DNA of 46,745 nucleotides from Octopus bimaculoides (taxonomy: Eukaryota): positions 47,798,000 to 47,844,744 of the forward strand of contig NC_068999.1 of NCBI RefSeq assembly GCF_001194135.2, written 5' to 3'. Below the pieces are notes generated by a model. That model was not told where the DNA came from. It did not search any database and worked only from the letters and a program-made list of their open reading frames with translations. The position numbers were made by a program, and so were the translations under genes. This document shows, one piece after another, positions 33,341 to 45,848 of the stretch; the stretch's first letter is position 1, and each line of letters begins with the position of its first letter.

Positions 33341-35172
33341 TAATGCATTTTCTATGTACTTTGACAATGTAAATAAATATGCTTCTGTATAAATTGAATT
33401 GTCTTTTTTATTTTCGTCATTTACAAAAGCATTGATGACTTTATGGTTCATCCCGTTGAAGGGAACGATGGGTTCTGCAATCAAATATCTTCCTTCCATG
33501 ATTAGTGGGGAACAGAGAATAGGCAGGAATCCATTGCTATCCAATGTTGTATGGGAGAATGTGCAGATGGACTGAGATGGTGGTGTGTGACAGAGAAGGT
33601 TACAAGGAGGCTAAGAAAGAATTGGGAAAGAATCAGCGAATAAAACATTCTTTTATTCTTTTACTCGTTTCAGTCATTTGACTGTGGCCATGCTGGAGCA
33701 CCGCCTTCAAGGGTTTTAGCCGAACAAATTGACCCCAGGACTTATTTCTTATACCTAGTACTTATTCTATCAGTCTCTTTAGCCAAACCACCAAGTTACA
33801 GTGATGTAAACAGACCAACATTGGTTGTCAAGTGGTGATGGAGGGGGTGGACAAACATGGACACTTAGATATATACATATATGATGGGTTTCTTTCAGTT
33901 TCCGTCTACCAAATCCACTCAGAAGGTTTTGGTTGGCCTAAGACTATAGTAGAAGACACTTGCCCAAGGTGTCACACTGTGGGACTGAACTCGGAACCAT
34001 GTGATTGGGAAGCAAGCTTCTTACCACATAATCCCATGGTTTCTCTGTTAATACAGTGATAAACATTAATAAAAACATTTAATTGATAGAAAAGAGAAGT
34101 ATAATTTTTAAAATAAATTTGATCATTTATTACTTTTTACAATTGAATACAAACTGTTTTAGTCAAAAGGTGATGGAACAAATGGAGACAAAGAAACAAG
34201 CTGCACTGCAGGCAACCCATCTAGGAATGTAGTGATCCAAAAAAAGAAAAAAAAATACAGTTGTGAGAACTTGTAGTGTTTCTACAACGATCTCTATTGT
34301 ACCAATGGCATGACTAAGAGCTTCCAGTCCATACTGTAAAGTCTTTGGTGAGAGGAAAAGTATCCAGTAGCAAAAAAAAAAACAAAAACAAAAAACAGAT
34401 TTGGCCAGTTATCTCTCTTTTCACGTGTGACAAACCTCTACGAGCTACAAGTAGTGACACATGTCTACGCAATGCCAGCCTTTTAAAATGTACATTTAAT
34501 AATCTTTTCTACTATAGGCACAAGGCCTGGAATTTGTGGGGAGGAGGATAGTCGATCACATCAACCCCAGTACTTGACTGGTACTTAATTTATCGAACCC
34601 AAAAGGATGAAAGGCAAAACTGACCATGGCAGAATTTGAACTCAGAACATAAAGACAGACGAAATGCAGCCAAACCATTTTATCTAGCATGTTTGATGGC
34701 TGCGAGCTCACTGCCTTGGGAAAAAAATGTACATTAAATAATGATTGACAGAAATGGTATCATCAGAAGGAGAAGTGAAGAAATAAAGTTGTAGTTACTA
34801 AACATTTACTACAAATAAAATCTTACTTTATAAATATATGATGATAATAATAATAATGGTTTCAAATTTTGCCACATGGGCAGCAATTTGGTGGGAGGGA
34901 ATGAGCTGATTACATCAACTCCAGTGTTCAACTGGTACTTATTTTATCGACCCTGAAAGGATGAAAGGTAAAGTCGACCATGGTGGAGATGGAACTGAGA
35001 ACATAGCGATGGACGAAATACCGCTAAGCATTTTGTTCAGCACACTAATGATTCTGCCAGCTCACCACCTTCCGTAATAATTATAATAATGTCATCATTA
35101 TTATTATTCAAAAGTTGTATGCTAATTTAATTAACATGGATGTTACTTGAAGTTTGCTGACTACAAGTCTTC

Positions 35173-35385
35173 TCAAATCTCAAGAATCTTTCTTAGGATT
35201 CTTACAGAATACAGGATGGCACTTTTCTGCAGGTTGACAATGCAAGTCTCAATTCCTGTATCCTTTAGCCACTTTGGTAACATTTTGGGTGTTGTGCCAA
35301 GCGCACCAATTCCCATAAGAACAACTGTCACCTTTGTCGTCAACAATCTCTTCGTCTCCCCGACTAATGTCTGATATTTCTTAAG
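35173..35385 (-). mobile_element. 5'-truncated RLE-clade (R4/Dong-like) retrotransposon, endonuclease C-terminus
   Basis: LKKYQTLVGETKRLLTTKVTVVLMGIGALGTTPKMLPKWLKDTGIETCIVNLQKSAILYSVRILRKILEI* matches KY..L..E..R.W...V...GALG..PK.L...LQK.A.L...RILR. The 3' UTR runs into (TAA)n near 35097-35108. Confidence 0.8.
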
Positions 35386-36930
35386 TTATGCTACAGTATC
35401 AACAGAAAGGCTGTCTTCTTCATTCTGAGGAATGGTGAGAATATTCTTTTGTCTTTCATAATTAGACTGCCATTGTGCTATGGGAAAGATTTTCTCTCTA
35501 AAATGCCAGAGACTGAATAAAATTAGGATTGTTGCCACAGTAGAACATACACTAAGAATGACAACAACTAATGTTCTATTATGGTGTTTAGTATCGTAGC
35601 CATATGCTAATTTATGACAATGAAAATCAGAAGGCTTTAATGTCGAAACAGGTAGGTCCAGAAGATGCTTGGGTGAACGACAGCACAATGATTTTTGTAT
35701 GAAATTCTTTTTCTTATTACTAATTTCATTAAAAACATCTAGCAGCCATTGTGCATCACAATCGCAATCAATAAAATTTCCACTCAAGTCAAGAGTTTCC
35801 AAATTCTGCCAGGGAAGAAAATGTTTAGGAAATTTATATATTCCATTATTATTTAAATAAACAATTTTCAAAGCAGGTAAATTATAGAGTGCTTTTGGGT
35901 GTATGTATTTCAAAAGTGGGTTGAAAGCAATATGGAGCACTCTTAAATGGGTAAGATTAAAAGCTAGACCATCGATTTTTGTTAAGTCATTAAGATCGTT
36001 TAGATATAAAACTTCAAGATGAGATAAATTGTAAAACGAATTTGATGCAATAACACTTATCCTATTTGCACCAAGATTAAGTTTTGAAAGTTGTTCTAGT
36101 TGAAGAAATGCTTGTGTAGGTACAACATGTAAATAGTTTTGATTCAAGTCTAAGGATTCTAAAGAATTCTCAAGCCCGCTGAATGCTTTGTCTTCAATTA
36201 TTTTCAAATTATTATTTGCAATATTAATATCTGCAAGCATTGAATTATTATAAAAGCTATTATTGAGTAAATGATATATGTTATTACCTTGTAAGTTAAG
36301 AAACCGTAAATGTTTAACATTTTTGAAAGCTACAGTAGGAATAGTCGTCAATCTATTAGATATCAGATGCAAGCTATCCAATGCATAGAGACCATTGAAG
36401 GCATTGTCACTTATACTATGAATAAAATTCCCAGTTAGATTCAATTCTAGTAGTTTGGGAAAATACTGGAAAGTATTGTCGAGTAAAACAGTCAAATGAT
36501 TTTGACTTATATCTAAAGACACCAAGTTATTTAAACCATGAAATGTTTTGTTGCTTAGATTCGATAAAAGGTTATTCCTCATGATCAATGTGTGCAGTTT
36601 TCCCAGGTGCTCAAAAGAATTATCTTCAATATTGATCAAACCATTAGAGTTAATGTCGAAATATGTTAAACTGCTATATTGATGCAGATCAACATTTAAT
36701 TGCTTAATTTGATTGCCTCTTAGGACTAACTCTGTAATAAATTTAGGTGAATCAATATCATCTGGTATAATAGTTTTAAATGCATTTGAACAATCTAAAA
36801 GCCCAAAGTTTTTAAAACAATTACAGTTTTCAGGACAATGTACAGCAATACATACATTTCCAAATGTCATGAATAATAAAATTATCCTAGTTAAAATCAT
36901 TTTTTCAGACACCCAATCACCAGATCTCAT
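35386..36930 (-). CDS. LRR single-pass transmembrane protein, tartan/capricious-like
   Basis: Signal peptide (likely from Met11, MILTRIILLF), LRRNT CPENCNC..DCS, about 13 LRRs, and FLPWQNLETLDLSGNFIDCDC (cf. Caps/Trn LFPWKDLQTLDLSENPLSCDC). LRRCT, TM TLVVVILSVCSTVATILILFSLW, short tail, no Ig or TIR domain. Acceptor TCTTTTCAG at 37118 suggests an upstream 5' UTR intron. Confidence 0.9.
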   Translation of the reverse strand: MRSGDWVSEKMILTRIILLFMTFGNVCIAVHCPENCNCFKNFGLLDCSNAFKTIIPDDIDSPKFITELVLRGNQIKQLNVDLHQYSSLTYFDINSNGLINIEDNSFEHLGKLHTLIMRNNLLSNLSNKTFHGLNNLVSLDISQNHLTVLLDNTFQYFPKLLELNLTGNFIHSISDNAFNGLYALDSLHLISNRLTTIPTVAFKNVKHLRFLNLQGNNIYHLLNNSFYNNSMLADINIANNNLKIIEDKAFSGLENSLESLDLNQNYLHVVPTQAFLQLEQLSKLNLGANRISVIASNSFYNLSHLEVLYLNDLNDLTKIDGLAFNLTHLRVLHIAFNPLLKYIHPKALYNLPALKIVYLNNNGIYKFPKHFLPWQNLETLDLSGNFIDCDCDAQWLLDVFNEISNKKKNFIQKSLCCRSPKHLLDLPVSTLKPSDFHCHKLAYGYDTKHHNRTLVVVILSVCSTVATILILFSLWHFREKIFPIAQWQSNYERQKNILTIPQNEEDSLSVDTVA

Positions 36931-38109
36931 TGCATAGAATTTATTAAAAAAAAAAAATGAAATTAAAAGTTCATAATGAAAACTTTGTATTTATTTATGT
37001 CCAAGGTTCTGTTTCTCTATATTTGGTAAGAGATTTAGTCCAGAACTTTTGAAAGATTTCTTTTTTGAAGGCACTGAAGGTGGATTTTGTCTCTTGTTTT
37101 TACCATCAGTTCAAAATCTGAAAAGATAGGAATAATATTTTAAAAGTCCATTATTCATGAAAACAACAGAATATATGAGGGAATTAATTATAGCAAATAC
37201 ATAGACTTGATTGAAATAAAAAAAAAAATCTATTAGTGCTAAAATTACATATACTGAATTAATATTCTTTAGCTAACAAAAGAGGGAGAAAGAACGAAAG
37301 AAAGAAAGAGGGGGAAGAAGACATAAGTTGAAAGAGAGGAACTATTACAGAGGGTGAGAGAATATATGTAAGCAAGAGAATGAGAGAAGGGAGAGAATCG
37401 GTTGAAAACTGCAGTTTTTAGAGAAAAACCTGTGTAACACACCTTTTCCCCCCGATTTCTCGCTCTACGCAGATCTGGGCAAAAAAAACTGTAGTGCTTG
37501 ACCATCCTTGGCACATAAGTAATGTGTGTGTAAAGTTTGGTAGAAAATTGGTTGAAAACTATAGAAATGTATTCATATTAGACATACAGACACACTCGCA
37601 CACAGAGCCATCTTTTAGGCTGATTAGATAAAGTCTCTTAATGACATTGTGTTCTTTCTGGTTATTCTTTTATTCTTTTACCTGCTTCAGTCATTTGACT
37701 ACGGCCATGCTGGAGCACCACCTTTAGTGAAACGAATCGACCCCAGGACTTGTTCTTTGTAAGCCCAGCACTTATTCTATCGGTATCTTTTGCTCAACCG
37801 CTAAGTTACAGGAACGTAAACACAGCGACATTGGTTGTCAAGCGCTGGTGGGGGTACAAACACAGACACACAAACATGTGAACCCAGAACCGTGTGGTTG
37901 GGAAGCAAGCTTCTTACCACATAGCAACACCTGCACCTACAGCCACACCTGTGCCCAAAATATAAAATATTTTAGAAGAGTATATAAAATATATTAGAAG
38001 ACAATCTATTGAAGACTTTACAAACAATACGCACGCACGAAGTTAAAGATATAAAATGGCGACAACTTACCCATCGCACCCTGTATGTTCGCACGTATCT
38101 ATGTATCTA

Positions 38110-38998
38110 TGAAGATGATACAAAAGTTTCTCAGAGGATACAGAGCCCTAGAAATGTTGCGCACTTGCAACAGGAGTTGGACGCAATATACTGGTGGGTT
38201 GAGGACAATAACATGAGAGAAAAAGATGTTTTATATGACACATTCTACCAGTATCCCAAGTTTGAAAGTGTTTCGTTAAGAAAACAAGTGTTGGCCGTCA
38301 AACCATAACGATCCAAGTTGGCAATAAAATGCAGACGGCTGGCCGGATGAATTCTAAGAACTTTCAGAACGACAGAAGAGGAAACCATGATGGTCTGCTG
38401 GAGAGCATTTGTCCTCGACCGTTTAGACTACTGCTCCGAATTATGGTCACCACAGTGTAAAATTAACGACGGGTCTCGAAGCAATGCAGCGCAGCTACAC
38501 AAAGAAAATTGTCTCATCGCAACATGTCAGTTACTGAAAAAGACTGAAAAGGTTAAGACTCAACTCCATAGAACGAAGCGGGGGAAAGATATGCAGTGAT
38601 ATACATCTGGAAAATCCTAAAACTTTAGCATTGAAAGTTAACACAAACAGCAGAATGGAGCACACTGCATAATATCAAAATCCCCAATGTTACCATCAGG
38701 ATACAGGGTCAGATATTGCAACAGCTTGGGTGTCAAGGGCCCATAGGCCTTCAATATCCTCCCAAAAACCTGAGAGACCTACACGAGGTGGATGTAGGTG
38801 TTTTCAAAACAAAACTGGATCTCCTCCTTTTAAGATTTCAGGATGAACCTACCTCGAGGCTAGAAACGCAGATGAGGGGAGCAACATCAAACTCAATCAT
38901 TCACCAAATGTCACATGTCAGAGGAGGTTTCAAGTAGTGAAAGTATAGCAAAGCTAACGGCGGTGCCCCAGCATGGCCGCAGCTCTCGAGCTGAAACT
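38110..38998 (+). mobile_element. Degraded CR1/L2-group LINE 3' end
   Basis: YEDDTK (from YADDTK)..LQQELDAIYWW..NNM; GWILRTFRT..RLDYCSELWSP; FNILPKNLR..FKTKLD..DEP, with frameshifts and stops. Confidence 0.85.
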
Positions 38999-41900
38999 AG
39001 CAAAGAAAAAAAGTACATATATGCATGGCTAAGTATACACACACACGCACGCACGACGAACGCACACGCGCACACACACACACACACACACCTGCTTGGA
39101 CAGAAAAAGAAAAATCATTGTCAACGATGCTTTGGCACAACAGGTGCAATAATTGTTTGAAGGGAAGATATCTACTTACTTCATTCAGTACATGGTCCCA
39201 AAACAGTAACAGTTAAACAAGGTCCAGACACAACAATTGCCGTACAGGGCAGGCTCTTTTCGTTATTAGCAGTGACATCACAGCACAACAATATTTATGA
39301 TAAACCTATTAATCCAGATTACAAATCAGATAAACTTTAAATAATCTTATTTAAAACATAGATTAGAAGTGATTGCCAGATTTGCAAGCTGTTTGCCGTT
39401 TCAGTGTTTACTGAGTAGGATTGATCGCGTTGAACATTTCAGCTGCGACTATCCTGTTTTTGGCTTTTTTTTTGTGGGGCATAGTGTACCTGGAGTACAT
39501 TATTTATTAGGTCGTCACATATGAAATTTGTAGTAAGGTATATGGTAAACTCTTACAGCTGGTCATTTTGCACCATTATTATATTTTGACAATCTTTATT
39601 TTTTGTTAGAAAGCTGACACATCTATGTCTTTATTCTGACTCATCATCCACTAAGCATTTTGCCCGGCGTGCTATCGTTTCTGCTAGCTCGCCACCTTTG
39701 CTCCCGGGTATAATGCAGGTATTATCTGTATGAGGAGTAAGCCGCCATTTTTTTTTTCCTATTGTTAATTATTATTAGCGAGCTGGCAGAATCGTTAGCA
39801 CACCGGGAAAAATGCATTGCGACATTTCGTCCGTTTTGTCGTTCTAAGTTCAAGCCGAGGTCGACGTTGCCTTTCCACCCTCGCAAAAAAAAAAAAAGAA
39901 AGAAAATAACAAAATGTCTCGGAGCATTTCGTTCCTCTTTACATTTTCAGTTCAAATTCCGCCGGGGTCGACTTTACTGTTTATCCTTTTGAGGTCAATG
40001 TAATCGATTAGGCTCTTCCCCGCCCCCATTAAAAAATCCAGGCCTTGTGTCTATAGCAGAAGGGCTCATTATTATTACTATTTTATTTACGGCGGTCGTT
40101 TGCGAGGAAAAAAAATGTCTCACGATATTTTTTCTCTGAGTACAAATCCCATGGAGGTCAACTTAACCTTTTATCCTCACAGGGTCGATAAAATAAAATA
40201 CCAGTCAACTACTAAGATAGAAGTAATGGACTATCTCTCTTCCCCTCAAAATTACTGGCTTTCTGCCTAAATTAGAAGCAATTAATTGCTACTTTATTTT
40301 CTTTCGAAATTTTGCGCCCAGGACATTGATCTCGTCTCTATAGTTCCATCCTTATGGTCCCACCTTGATACATTACTGTACGTCATATCATCTTGAAACG
40401 ATGGTTTAATCCAGATTACAAGGCCCCTTTAAGCTAGCAGCAGTTTATTGTACAGAATGTCAATATTAAAAATCTAATCTTTTCTCTTGTGTAATAGTTT
40501 CAACGTTTTCATTTTACATATTTATATATATATATATTCTTTTTATCAGTGTTTACTCCATTTCTATAATTTCTACAAAGAATAACTATTTTGTTTGTCT
40601 TTTCTGCTTATTTGTGTTAACTTGTGGTAAGACTCGGTTCTTAATTTATTAGTTTTCTATTACAAAAGATTTTAACCATCTTATTTCAATTATAATACAT
40701 ATTCTTACAGTGGACAAAATGCTTAATTGCATTTCGTCTGTCTTTACGTTCTGAGTTCAAATTCCGCCATGGTCGACTTTGTCTTTCATCCTTTCGTGGG
40801 TCGATGAAATAAATACCAGTCATGTACTGCGTCGATATGATCGACTAAACCCCTTTCCCTCAATATTCAGACATCGTTCCGATAGTAGAAAGGATGGCAC
40901 TGTCATGGTATTAGCTGTCAGAAGTGAAAGTAGAAAAATCTAAACAAGGAACGTTACTGCTGGTTTGAGTTGAAATGGTATATTCCAAACGTTATTTTCC
41001 CGCTTTTTAGCTTGAGTATTTATATAAGCTATAACAAAAGCTAATCGATAACTATTATCGTAGTTTTATCATTTAAACGGAAGTATTAATGCAATACACC
41101 AATAATTTTTCTTAATCTTTTGTTTGTATCACTCTGTGTCTTTTGTCAGTGTTATCGTGTATCGAGTCCGTTAAATCAAAAGTACGTATTGGGTATAATT
41201 CTGTGTCTTGATCAAAGCAGAGATATTTGTGTTTATGAGTATACTCTTGAAAAGGTAGGTTTCACACATCTCTCTAAAGTAATGTCCTCCCCGGATGCCA
41301 AGGAAAATTAAAACTAATCATGAGCACACAGTTTGTGGCTATGGCGTTGCATAGACAATGTTAAGTGTCATAGACATCTCTTCGTCTACTCAAACAAATT
41401 AATTTCGTTGAGCTTGAACAAGGGTCACCAAACGTTTTTGACGCCGGGCCAGATAACTGAGAGAATGACGTGCGCGGGCCGCATAACTATTTTGTTTAAT
41501 ACAATACAGTGAATATACAAAAAAATAAAGACAACCAGCAAAAAGTTATCAAAAAGTAGCCGACCGTATTGGTCTTCCCTGCTTGTACATAGTCTGTCCC
41601 TGACCTGGACACACACACACACACACTCTCTCTCTTCCTCTTTCTCTCTTTTCTCCTCTTTCTTTCTCTCTCCCACACACAGACACATATACACCTTTCA
41701 CATTGTTTGTACAATTGATTTTTAAGGCATCTTAGTAGGCATGGTTAAGAAGTTTACTTTGCGACCACGTGGTTTTGGGTTCAGTCCTACAGCACGGTAC
41801 CTTGGACAAGTGTCTTCGAATATAATTCCAGGCCGACGGTGAATTTGGAAGATGGAAACTATGTAACTATGTCTCACCATATATATGTGTGCGTGTGTTT

Positions 41901-42314
41901 GTGTTTTTATTTGTATCCCCATCACCACTCGACAGCTGGTGTTGGTTTATTCATGTCCATGAAATTGAGCAATTCAACGAAAAGACTAATACAATAAATA
42001 CCAGACTTTAAAAAAATAAGAATTAGGATCGATTTGTTCGACTAAACCCTTTAATGCGGTACCCCAGCATGGCTGCAGTACAATGACTGAATCAAGTAAA
42101 TGATTAAAAGAAATAAGGAACAACCATGATGTATTAGAAATATTTTATTTTCATAGCGAATAATCTGATCATCGGAATATTTCACAGATTCTAATCAAAC
42201 GATGCGTATATAGTAAAATTTTCTTTTCGGATATTTTCGTGTCATAATATTGGTTATCCTTTAGTGATTGGTCAACTTATTTTCCACCATAAAGCCTTCA
42301 ATTGTCCAACAGAT

Positions 42315-42329
42315 TTAATTTCCATTACC
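42315..42329 (-). CDS. aos: Argos-like gene, terminal coding exon (GNGN*)
   Basis: Strong acceptor TTTCTTCTCATTTTCAG ending at 42330, phase 0, TAA at 42317-42315, AATAAA at 42149-42144. Confidence 0.6.
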   Translation of the reverse strand, partial: GNGN

Positions 42330-43258
42330 CTGAAAATGAGAAGAAACAGAAAATGAAAGTTTACAAACAAATAAACATATTTTCTATTTATGAATCGCTG
42401 TAGTCTCTATTTTAGAACCCAACACTTGTAACTCGAATAGTGGACTAAGCTGGGTGAGGGTAAGCCAATGGGTATGTAACTCTTAGTGAGTTAGGGCTTG
42501 CCTACTTATGCATGTGAAGACCCGGGCTTTTGTTGAAAACGCCCAAGGTGTCACGCAGTGAGACCGAACCCAAGACTGCATGTTTGGAAAGAAAGTTTCT
42601 TATTCACACAGCTATGTATGTGGAAATATATTTCTAAATATTCCTATATTTATGTTTTACCTTTGATCTTTTACTTCTTTCAGTCATTAGAATACGGTCA
42701 TGCTAGGGTACCACTTTAAAGAATTTTAGTCGAACGAATCGATCCCAGTACTTATATTTTAAGACTGGTATAAGGACATTAACACATTAATACCGGTTGT
42801 CTCACACACACACGACTAGGTTATTTCAGTTTCCGTCTACCAAATCCACTCACAAGGCTTTGGTCATCCCAAGGCTATAGTAGAAGACACTTGCCTAATT
42901 TGCCACGCAGCAGAACTGAACTCAGAACCATGTGGTTGGAAAGCAAACTTCTTACCACGTAGCCACGCCTCAAAATTTTGGAATTAAAACAGAAATTTTT
43001 TCCAACAATACAATATCACAATCTTATTTTTCAAGCGGAATACAATGAATAACAGTGGTCTCAGTGCCTGGTTGGTGCTATTTTATTAATCCTGGAAAGA
43101 AGAAATCCTGCGTGGGATTTTAATTCAGAATATAGGGAAATAAAGTGGAGTTTCTTTTGTCATGAACAAGACATACAGTAACATAGCAGTGAGTAGAACA
43201 GTTTTAAAGTCAACAACAAAAAAATAGATTTGGTTACGAACAATATTTGCTTACTTAC

Positions 43259-43381
43259 CGGAATGTTGCAAGTATAATGGTGCACAACATGGTTTGTAAC
43301 AAAGTGGGTATTACCATATTTCACTGATCGATTGAAGGGACCGGGCAGGGATTCAAGGTGATGAGGGCATAAGCATTTCAC
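43259..43381 (-). CDS. aos: Argos-like gene exon (VKCLCP...HHYTCNIP)
   Basis: TTTTATCTTCAG| 123 nt, phase 0-0, |GTAAGT. VxCxCP...YxC matches Argos domain 2 (IVHCRCP...YLFACSP). Confidence 0.8.
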
Positions 43382-44494
43382 CTGAAGATAAAATAATTTT
43401 GATAAAGTTTGCAGATGTAATACAAAATGAGATGTTTTATACATAACAAATGAGTTTTATAGTAAACCACCCATCCCAGAAAAAGCCTAAAGCTTGTAAC
43501 AAGACTATTTGACAGGGTTCCATACACCAATCTACAGTGAATCAAACGAATCACTGTTTTCAAACACAAAACGTAAGTAAATAATACAAAAAGGATATCA
43601 ACAAGCAACTGTCCATTCAAATTTTTGGTAGAAACATGAATGTCATTAACAATTTTGTCTTCGATGCCTTTTATTTGACGTCTAATGCTCTTAGCTTAGA
43701 CTTTTTTGGGGGGCAACCAGATCGAACCATCTCAAGTGTAACTGCCCGAAATGGTCGTGACGTGACTTCTGGGACTTGACTGATGAAAGAAAGCCAAGGA
43801 TGACCCGTCTTTTTTTGCCTGTCCTTCTAATTGTTGTTTCTCTTGTCCGCCTTTGTATCGTCTTTCTGTCCGGACGTTTTAATGCCCTCTGCTGCGTTTC
43901 ATTTATATTTGTTCCATATATATATATATATTATATATATGAGTGTGTGTGTGTGTGTAATTTTGTTTATCTGTTTATGTCAGTTATTACAGTCCAGCCA
44001 ATACCAATGCCTGCATGAATTTAAATCAGTCAACTTCGGCTACATAAGTGAGTGACTGTTACAGTCTACTGTTATTGTGACCATACAGATCTCACGCGAA
44101 CTGTAGCACTTGGGGCAGGTATCTCTCTTTTATAGTTCGTTGCAAAGACGACATTTTTTTTTGTTAACGATAATAAATAGCTTTTGTTTGCAACTTTTCA
44201 CAGACATCTGTTCTTCCATCTCTTAACTCTACCAAAATATTTTATTGTTACAAGGTCATACATACATAAGACGGGCTTCTACACAGTTTCTATCTACTAA
44301 ATTTACGTAGAATGCATTGGTCGACCTGGAGCTATAGTAAAAGACACTTGCCCAAGGTGCAGCGTATTGGGATTGAACTAGAAACCGCGTGGTTGCAATA
44401 CAAGCTTTTTAACTACACAGCCATGCCTGCATCTCAAATTGATAACTGCCAAGTTATAGAAAGTTGTGTTACAGATTTGAAATGTTTTACTTAC

Positions 44495-44603
44495 AGTCGT
44501 GTAACTAAACAAGTCAAATTTTTTGTCCTGGAGATGAACTTCGTGTGCCGTCTGGTTGGGGCGACATTCTGTCAGGCTCGCTATCGGTTGACACAACTGT
44601 AGC
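44495..44603 (-). CDS. aos: Argos-like gene exon (K-LQLCQPIASLTEC...YTT)
   Basis: CATTTCAG| 109 nt, phase 2-0, |GTAAGT. QLCQPIASLTEC resembles Argos KMCQPVHKLPVC. Confidence 0.82.
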
Positions 44604-45848
44604 CTGAAATGACATTGAAACTTGTAATAAGTAAAAGTAATGAAGGCGTCATGTAGCTTAGGGGTCGGCAAACCGGGTTAAATTACCCCAAGCAGGGTAA
44701 AAATGAAATTCTTGGTAACGGGGACTCATTAGACATAAGTAAAAAACGTGTTGCTACGATAGAAAATTTTTCTTCTGGCAACATTGCATCTGTCCAATGT
44801 AATGGACTGTAAACAGATTCAATAAACCTTTTGAATTCAAAGAATCTATGATTTTCTTCCTTTCAAATCAAGGGGGTAACGTCAGCGTGAATAGATGTAT
44901 TTTGGGGGTAATTGGTTACAAAAGTTCCCCGACCCCCTGGAGGGTATTCGGCTGACAATCGTAAGGCCGAGAGTTGAGTCTTCGAGCAAGACACTTTATT
45001 TCACGTTGCTCCATCCAACTCACCTGGCAAAAACGAGTTGTACCTGTAATCTAAAGGGTCAGTCATGTCACATTCTGTGTCACACTGAATCCTCCCTGGG
45101 AGCTACGTTAAGGATAAGACTGTTTGTGGCGTGCTCCGCCACTTGCATGTTAATTTCACGATCAGGCTGTTCTGTTGAATGGGTCAACTGGAACATTCGT
45201 GCCAGTTTGTTGAATGCGCGTGGCCTAGTGGTTAGGATGTTGCAAGGGATTGGTAAGAAATAAATATTGTCTCGAGTCCTAGGGCTCATGGAGCCAGATT
45301 CTAAGATTCCATCGTGTTTAAGTTACCAGGGCCCTGAACGGGACGTCAGTCTGTTGCAAGGTGGATCACTTGCAACTGAGTGGACTGGAGCAAAGTAAAA
45401 TGAAGTGTTTCGCTCAAGAATACAACACACCACCCAGTCCGGGAATCGAAACCTCGATCTTGCGATCACGAGTGCAACATCCTAACCACTAGGCCACGCG
45501 CATTCAACAAAACCTGTACAACTTAAGGGAACAAAGCTCTGTTCCTCTATTTAGGAACAGCACAAGGTTCAGCTATCACATTCCTTCTTAGAAACCAAAT
45601 AATCATTCTTAGGATTTGAATTCAGAAGCTAATGGTAAGTGGACGAAATCAACTAACTGACCCCCACTGCTGAAATAATATGGTACCAGCCTTATCTTAG
45701 ATTTGTATGAAGAATAATTTATATGTAATTATCGTTTAATTAATTAATCGTTGATTTAAGAAAAGATATATTATCTATGAAACAATTTCACTATTATACC
45801 GTAATTAACAACAAACATAACAGGTTTTCAGATTAAAAACATATTTAC

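Noticed and set aside
35147-35374. Plus-strand 75-aa ORF
   Set aside because: Antisense to the RLE retrotransposon fragment.
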